Assembly (NCBI GenBank): GCA_004764695.1
Contig: SMSO01000031.1
Location: forward strand, 5,934,761 to 5,998,760
Origin: Schizochytrium sp. TIO01
Lineage: Eukaryota; Protista; Bigyra: Labyrinthulomycetes
Direction of reading: 5' to 3'
DNA: 64,000 bases
Shown here: piece after piece, positions 56,678-64,000 of the stretch
How the letters are laid out: the number at the start of each line of letters is the position of its first letter
How positions within the stretch are numbered: the first letter of the stretch is position 1
Made by a program: the position numbers and the translations under genes
Notes under the pieces: model-generated
The model's database searches: none
Told to the model about the DNA's origin: nothing
What the model saw: only the letters and a program-made list of their open reading frames with translations

Positions 56678-58405
56678 ATGCAGACTCCTCTTCTCACAAG
56701 CGATAGTCTCGCTGATCACAGCAACTCCAACTCTACCAGTGGCAGCCAGCAGACGAGTCCTCACGGGGCTGTGCAGTCAACTTGCGAGAGCACTCAAGGA
56801 GACGAACAAGTGGTTCTTCGCGTTAGCAGAGGCCCTCACAACGACAGTGATGGACACTGCGATGGGGGGAGTGATGGGGGGAGCGAAATTAGCACTGGGG
56901 ATGTGCCCATGTCTATGAACGAGGCTTTGGAGGACATTGTTCATGCAGTCTGGCCACAGATCACAGTCATCTTCTGCAGACTACTCATCATGGCTACTGA
57001 CACTGCCGTCGTAGGCCGCATTGGTACAGACGAACTTGCTGCAGCAGGTTTTGCAAATATGATCATTCAACTCTCGGTGCAAACTATTTGGGCAGGATGT
57101 GGTGAAGGACTCATTGCACTTACAAGTCAGGCAATGGGCGCTGGGAACCGCTTCCTGGCAGGGGTGTGGCTAGAAATTGCTTGTGTTGTTGCTTTAATCT
57201 TTGCCATGCCTATTGGAGTTTGCTGGTGGTACACCGGTGAAATTTTGCGCATTGTCAAACTTCCGGGGAGCGAGACCACAAATGAGCGTGTTATTAATCT
57301 TGCAACACGATTTGGGCGCCTCTCACTTGTCTGGCTGCTTCCCGACGTACTGACTGGCTGCTTCTCGCAGTGGATCAATGGTCTTGACCGTGTTGCACCC
57401 ACTGTACCGGTGCACATTTTCTTTGTTATTTTTAACTTGTGCTCCAACATTGTTCTTGTTCATGGAATTGGCTCGTGGAATGGTCTTGGGTTTGATGGTT
57501 CGCCGCTTGCCACAGCCACGACTACCTTGGTTCGCTTCGTGGTCCTAGTCGTGTATATGCGCAACCACTTACCAAAGGGTGTATACTCCGGTTTCAGTCT
57601 GCAGCATTTTGAAAAGGATCGCATCCTTGCTTTTATGGGACAGTTTGGACCGAATGCTAGTACAGCTATTCTCGAGCAAGCTCAAATTGTCGTTCTCACA
57701 ATTTTCATTGCTGCCTTTGGTGAAAAGCAGCTTGCTGCTCACACCCTGATGGCAAACACGTTTGATCTCTTCACGGCGGCTCTGTATGGTATGACTGAAG
57801 GAGGTTCAATGAGTATCGGCCGGGAACTTGGCCGTGGCCACCCCAAGCGTGCCCTTGCTCTCTCCAAGTATTTGGTAATTGCAATGTCTGTCGTTGCCTT
57901 AGTTGTAACTACTCTCTTCATCGTATTTAGAAACCAAATCGGGGCTGTCTATAATTCAGATCCCGAGGTTATTGAGTATGCTGCTCAGCTCGCCATTGTG
58001 ACAGCTGCATCATACTTTCTTATCACACTTACTTTTGCATCATACGCAGTGCTTCAAGGTCAGGCCCGCCCCCTCGCCGCAGCTCTGGCTATGGTTGGTG
58101 GTGTTTGGGTCATCGGACTGCCAACGTCATATATGCTATGTTTCAAATGGCATGCAGGCTTTCTTGGCGCTTGGGAAGGCAGTAACATTGGTTACTTTTT
58201 CATGACCATCATTATGATTTTTGCGGTGTACCATTCAGACTGGGATAAGATTGCCGAGGAGGCTCGCGAGCGTGCAGAGGTTGAGTCTCTCGAATATCAG
58301 CAGGCCTGTACCGGTGACGACTACGAGGAAGCCGGAGAGAGCAGCGAAGATGTATTAAATGCTGAGGGCCGCCTCTCGCAGCAGACAACCCCTCTTCTCG
58401 ATTAA
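56678..58405 (+). CDS. MATE (multidrug and toxic compound extrusion, SLC47/DTX-like) transporter, 575 aa
   Basis: TDTAVVGRIGTDELAAAG, LTSQAMGAGN, GLGFDGSPLAT, SIGRELGRGHP, VLQGQARP and GFLGAWEG; about 12 TM segments in two MatE halves. Confidence 0.95.
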   Translation: MQTPLLTSDSLADHSNSNSTSGSQQTSPHGAVQSTCESTQGDEQVVLRVSRGPHNDSDGHCDGGSDGGSEISTGDVPMSMNEALEDIVHAVWPQITVIFCRLLIMATDTAVVGRIGTDELAAAGFANMIIQLSVQTIWAGCGEGLIALTSQAMGAGNRFLAGVWLEIACVVALIFAMPIGVCWWYTGEILRIVKLPGSETTNERVINLATRFGRLSLVWLLPDVLTGCFSQWINGLDRVAPTVPVHIFFVIFNLCSNIVLVHGIGSWNGLGFDGSPLATATTTLVRFVVLVVYMRNHLPKGVYSGFSLQHFEKDRILAFMGQFGPNASTAILEQAQIVVLTIFIAAFGEKQLAAHTLMANTFDLFTAALYGMTEGGSMSIGRELGRGHPKRALALSKYLVIAMSVVALVVTTLFIVFRNQIGAVYNSDPEVIEYAAQLAIVTAASYFLITLTFASYAVLQGQARPLAAALAMVGGVWVIGLPTSYMLCFKWHAGFLGAWEGSNIGYFFMTIIMIFAVYHSDWDKIAEEARERAEVESLEYQQACTGDDYEEAGESSEDVLNAEGRLSQQTTPLLD

Positions 58406-60502
58406 GCGTCTTACAATTGATAACTATAAGCACGTCCGAACCTACATTGTTTGAGTATTAGCTACCCCATGGAGTCTAGTACACAATTTAAAATGACAGT
58501 AGAAGTATTCGTGGCACGTCGCGGAGTATAGTGCTGAGCGTAGCGGGGCCAGTCTTCAGCTTTACCCCCATAGTTGTATTCAATTTCCTATACAGATATA
58601 CACTTCATCTTGGTGGCTACTATAGTTCTACAATACATACTAATAATTCTGCTTTATTACATGAATGTTGGGGCGAACTCTTACTTTACACCTTCTGTAG
58701 CATTGCAGAATCTATCCTACATCTCGAATGTACATTCTGCGTAAATACCGGTTTATCTGCGAGTGAAATACAAGACTTCAATCGATCAAATATTGCAGGA
58801 AAGGTTATACACTGGGGTTCTTCATTGGAATGCTCATCTGAAGACAAACTTTATTCATATGGTACACAACAACCAAAGATAAGTTGCAGGGAATATTCAA
58901 CGATTCTGTGTTTACATTGGCTGGTCTTCTATGGAATTTCACGTCGTTGCCTCTCGTTTCTTTTTTGTGTCTTGAACACCTTTTAACAATTTTTCAATTC
59001 AATAATAGTGGGTTATGTCTCAATTTCTTTCTGACTTTGGTTTTAGAAAATAGAAAATAAAAAATAAGCATCTCTGTCATACTGCATGTTTTATTATTGA
59101 GAGGAAGTTGATTGCATTGACTCAAAAGCTACTCCTCCATTATTCTGGGCTTTAAAAAACAAATTGATGGATTAAACATAACAAGATACTCGCTATATCG
59201 TGGGGAAAAACCATCTCAGGCTCAGCAACCCAATTATCTCCAAATCCATTATTGTAACGTGAATCTCCGCACATTTAATCTGATACTCGTGTGTTTTATT
59301 TTAAAAATACATTCTACGTGAATATGAAAATGGTTTCAAGGAAATTGATTGTTTCATTATCACAACACCTGTGCGAACAGATTACATTTGAGCGTACTAC
59401 CCTTGACTCTGTTTCCTCCTTTGCCAAACGTTGTGTTATATTGACATGATTTGGATACTCAATCTGGAAATGTCAGAGCGAATACCATCAAAGTAACTCA
59501 GTTATGCCTATCCTCATAAAACAGAGCTCCGCTTGCTTCATAGAAAGAAAAAATTCTGAATCTGGAGCGAGATGCTTCTCTCTCATCCAATCTCTTAAGC
59601 TTCATTTTCACATTTGTAATGGCCATGTGAGTTATAACATAGCTCAATATATTGCCTTGAGATTATTTATAGGCATTTCCCCTGATGATCCCGTTTGCTG
59701 CTGTGGCTTCTCGCTGCCCCAACAGGACAGATCCCATGAAAGATCTTTCCTCTTGCGTTGAACAGCCAAGAGAGTTCCAAGTATCAAAAGATGGAGGGAT
59801 TTGTAAGCGGGGTAATGGTGCTCATCTATCCTTTGTCTTGATGCGAAATTGTTTGCCAAGTCTCAGGTGATAGCGATGAAAACCATGGGACGCTCTCTCT
59901 TTGTTAATTTCCATTAAGTTGATAAATTGAGAATCGTTATGGCAGAATAGTTCAGGAAGTAGGTGCATCCAGTACCTATTATTAGGGTCAGAGTGCTACG
60001 AACTTCGGAATGGAAATGAAGAAAGAGGTAAAAGAAATTTGTTTATAAAATAAGATTTGCCACTGCTAATCTTCTACATACATAGTAAACCCTTATCAAT
60101 TACTAGCAATGTCTCTTTCCTAGTGTTAGTTATGATAGAGTATTTACATAGGGCTAGTTAGCTTACAACAGTAATAGGTACTGATACGGTTAATAGTTAG
60201 AGTACTCCTACTGCCGGTATTAATGATAGTTACATAATGCTTCTAATGAGCAGAGTCCTGTTATTTACTATTTTAGAACTAATACAAAAAGTAACATATG
60301 CAGGACAACGTGCAGAGAGCCTTATATGTTTTATGTAGGAGTGCTTTAGGATATGAAGTTTGCTGAGCCTTATGCCATCATATGCAACGCTCTAGGTCAT
60401 GTTATTCTAGTAGTTATAATCTGTATTTTGAGGAGCCCTCTACTAATCTCACTGCAGGCGAGGTCACTACACCAACAAACAGCAATCCACTGCACTCCAC
60501 GT

Positions 60503-61399
60503 GTACGTTTCGTCGTAGCGGGAGAAGCGCAGGGCAGGCGGTGTGGCTGGTGCCTTCCGTCGCCTGTGCCGCCCCGCTCTGCCTCCGCTTCTTCATTTGG
60601 ATCGTGGTACTTTTGTTAGAGGTCCATTCATCGTGGCGGCCATGGACGGCCGTCAGTCTCTCGCTTCTCTTGCGGACGCTTTCCCTCTGTCTATCTATCT
60701 AATGTTTGAAGTTGCCCTTCGTTGTAGTTAATTTTCTGCCTCAAGACGGCTTTGTCTCCCCTCCTGATTATCCTCCGTACCTTCCCAGGAGACCTCCGCG
60801 GCCTCTCTGCGTCTTCAGCGTCGTCCTCGGTTCACTGCTGATGCTGCGCTACCTTCGTTCGTCCTTCTTTTTTCTTTCCTTCTTTCTTTCTTATTTTCTC
60901 TCTCTGGGTTAGTTAGTTAGTTGCTCATATATATATATATATGTATAATATGAAGGCGTACTAAGCAATTATTGCCTAATTTTACTAACCGGAATGAGTG
61001 GAAAGAAAGATATGTGGATGCTCATGGATAGAAGGATGTGAAGAAATGAATAAGGAATAGGAGAATAGTGGGCAAGCAGGCGAAGCACATACTGTCCGTG
61101 CTTTCATTCGTATAATCGATTGAAGACCCTCCATATTAGTGGAATAAATAGGATTAGATTGCTCGTTGCATGGAGCCGGGCAGGAGGATGAGTACATTAG
61201 ATAGGAGATAGCCGAACATAGGTCACCTGCACCCCAAGAAATAGTTTGGTACAGGAGAGGGAAGATATGTCGAGAATGAGCGGATCCAATGTGAAATGCG
61301 AGAGTTTAATTTACAGAGAACTAACACAAATCCATGTGAAATTGAATAAAATGAAAAACTGGAATGAAATTTCCACAGAATTTTTCGTGTTAAATACAG
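60503..61399 (+). other. Candidate ~0.9-kb 5'-UTR intron of the COX4-like gene
   Basis: GTACGT donor at 60503 in a GC-rich island, ACTAAC at 61320, TAAATACAG acceptor ending at 61399, 18 nt before the ATG. Confidence 0.55.
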
Positions 61400-61417
61400 C
61401 AAATCCCACTAGCAACC

Positions 61418-61746
61418 ATGTCCTCCTTCCGCCAGGCTTTGATCACCGGCTCTGCCACCATCCTCGGCCTCACCACCCTCACCACCGTCATCCTCCGCGC
61501 TGGTGGCGAGACCCCGAAGGCCTCCTCTGCTGAGTGGCGCGCTGCCTCTGCTGAGTACATGCGCTTCCAGCAGATGAACCCGATTGGTCTGTAAGTTTTT
61601 GTTATTGTCTGTTTCTACTGATACCAAATGTGTCTTTAAATGTGATCACCTGTCAACTGTTAAACTAACCTGCTATCATCCAATTCAATTTCAATAGCGG
61701 CGGCCGCAAGCCCTACTCCCCCGAGTACCTCGAGAAGGAGAACTAA
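61418..61746 (+). CDS. 73-aa cytochrome c oxidase subunit IV (COX4/yeast Cox5)-like microprotein; exons 61418-61590 and 61698-61746
   Basis: accATG start; intron 61591-61697 (GTAAGT...ACTAAC at 61664...TAG). Product MSSFRQALITGSATILGLTTLTTVILRAGGETPKASSAEWRAASAEYMRFQQMNPIGLGGRKPYSPEYLEKEN is one TM helix plus the P-x5-EW-x(12-13)-NPxG C-terminal pattern of the COX4 family. Codon usage is strongly C-ending. Confidence 0.8.
61591..61697 (+). other. 107-bp spliceosomal intron
   Basis: GTAAGT donor, ACTAAC branch point at 61664-61669, TAG acceptor; frame-consistent. Confidence 0.88.
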
Positions 61747-63788
61747 TTTGATAACTTTTTGTGATCACGTTCTTTGTCATTCTTTCTCTTTTCTTTTTTA
61801 TTTTATCCTCTACTCTACATCTCTTGCAACAGAATATCATTCTTGTCCTCGTTCAGTTGATCCTTGCTTTTGTTCATATTCAGCTGACCATCATTATTTC
61901 GTGCATTCACCTGTTATCACAAGCGATAAGTACAATATGTGTCAAGCTGGACTACACATGGGACATGACATTATTTTATGCAGATGTAAGGATCCTTAGT
62001 TTCTCCTTATCCTCAAATAAATATAAATAGTCCCACACAACGCCACACCTGTACCTATATATTACATTAATGATCATGCTTTTTAGATAGGCAATACAGA
62101 GATGCAAACAGTCTGTACAAAGTTTTAGGCCTCGATTCTTCAACTTTTGCAGATTTCGGATTTATAAGTGTTCAGATTTAAAGTGTGTCGTGTTCAATCA
62201 TTTTTCCAAACACAATATTCATTGCAAACTCTGTTGAGTTTCTTCAGGAAAAGAATAAAAGAGAAGTTCTACGATTATTCTCTTCCGTTATACATTCTTG
62301 TGTTTCCTAAGAGTGGTATTCACAAACAAAGTCGTAAAGATATGTTGACATCCTGTTGCTAAGTTTGCCGACCTCTCAGCTTTATTGATGCTGTGCTGTG
62401 AATGCATTACATTGCGAAGTTGGTTGAGCTACAAGAAACATTTGCCTTTATTTCTTTCTGTTTTCCCCTTGAGACAAAGGATTCTTATATACCCCGCTGG
62501 TCAAAAGAGTTAAGGCAGGTGTGACAGCATAACTAGGCCGAACTTCAATCCGTGACACCAATATCAGTTTATGTTTTGGGTTTGTACGACGGAGTGACAG
62601 GTTTAATTCCCATCAGTATCCAGACAGTGTCTTCAAAGTTGAACCAAATCTTGAACTTGAGTCAACCTTCCTCTTCCTAAGCCCAGGTTTTGTTGGGTAC
62701 CTTGAGGATGCCGTTGCGTTTTTGTTTGGGTGCTGTGTGACCATTACTCTTTGAGCCCGCTGATCTTTGGGGCTCTTGGTAAATGCGCTTCCATACGCAT
62801 TCCCATTTGCTCTCATGACGCTCCAATTTCCTTCTCAACAGTCAGTCATCAGTCAGTCCTTATTAGTAGGTCTGTCAGTCGATCAGTCGGTCCCGAAGCT
62901 AATCGAACTTGAGAACTTTGTAAGCTATTATCGCGTTGACATTCCGAAAGGTCAGATCGATTGCGGGTATCTTTCGCATCTAGATCAGCAGGCATTAATT
63001 TGAACGAGTAGGTATCTATGAACTGCCTTGAAGCTCAAATTTCCTTAGTTCTGTAGGGCTCTGACTGTATAAAACTATTCAGTCTCTGCTTGATTTGACG
63101 TGGCTTCTCTCCCTCATGACACTTCAACGGGAGCTCTTTGGTACGATGGCTTTAGATATACCAGTTTCTTGAACGGTCGAGAGGTTGTTAAATGCATAAT
63201 TCTACACCTCGCTCAGACCATAACAAATCTGGGAAAAATTATTGTTACAACCGGATCGATGAAGAATAACTCCATACAAGAAGGCTGAAGTCTAAGTCGG
63301 AACCTAGGGAGTCAGCCTACTACAAATAGAAGTGCTGCACCTGATTTCTGTGCTGCTTCGACTTTTGGTGCAGCCGTCCGATCCTTTCTGATAAAAGAAA
63401 AACTTCCAAACCCACCTCATTTAGTTAAAATAATTAAATAATAAACAATCATTAATAATAAAATAAACTTCGTATGGCGGATGGACCCATATTTCTGTGG
63501 CTAATTAGAAGAGCCGAGAAGAAACGCCACGTTTTGTAGCAGAAGGAGTAAACAAGCGAGTTGCTGAATTCCCACGACAGTTGCCGAAGACATCAAACTG
63601 TCATTGCTCTTGGGTAGTGCCTAATTAAATACAATCATTTATACACCCTTCTCACAGAGCTATTTCCTATCTTCATTTTCTTTTTTCATTTTGGGTAGTA
63701 CCCTATACAATATAATTATTAATTATAATGTTGCATTAGGCCTATATTTCATTTTTTTTCTCTTAAATTAATTAGTATTTAAGAAAAT

Positions 63789-63793
<5 letters not shown>

Positions 63794-63823
<30 letters not shown>
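63794..63823. repeat. (TA)n microsatellite
   Basis: About 15 units visible. Confidence 0.95.
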
Positions 63824-63826
<3 letters not shown>

Positions 63827-64000
63827 CTAGGGCAGTTTTCAACAAAAATGAAATGAATTGGCGTGCAACCTATCTTTCTATCCTGTCACCATGCATTCTC
63901 ACGAGCAGTACATAACATCTCTCGCCACTGCTCCTGATCAAACTAGTTTTACGTCTCAGACAACCTCAAGAATGGTCATTGGACTCCTCTCCTGCAGTCA

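Noticed and set aside
58531-58986. 151-aa plus-strand ORF downstream of the MATE gene
   Set aside because: GTG start, AT-rich, no recognisable domain; likely 3' flank
63253-63268. GATCGATGAAGAA resembling the conserved 5.8S rRNA motif
   Set aside because: Only about 12 nt match; flanking sequence has no 5.8S similarity

Overview
Eukaryotic nuclear DNA with few, mostly intronless genes. Genes are separated by multi-kb AT-rich spacers rich in microsatellites, and the introns are short GT-AG introns with ACTAAC branch points. This organisation resembles a thraustochytrid/labyrinthulomycete protist (e.g. Aurantiochytrium-like); the taxon is an inference. Ten protein-coding genes are supported. 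They are RNA polymerase III largest subunit (RPC1, 3844 to beyond the left edge, absent from the ORF track), a two-exon divergent mitochondrial-carrier-like gene, an SLC35E3-like nucleotide-sugar transporter, a HET/TIR-like + TPR protein, an orphan protein with a PNRC/Edc1-type decapping motif, exportin-T, a protein with about 18 bacterial-type 21-aa LRRs, a UBAP2L/GIP1/Def1-like Q-rich protein, a MATE transporter, and a hidden two-exon 73-aa COX4/Cox5-like microprotein (also absent from the ORF track). No tRNA, rRNA, CRISPR array or intact mobile element was recognised. The strongest leads are the HET-like/TPR candidate immune effector, the bacterial-style LRR protein, the minimal COX4, a structured intron that loops out its branch point, and an ACTACC-N(2-5)-GGTAGT inverted motif upstream of three genes.
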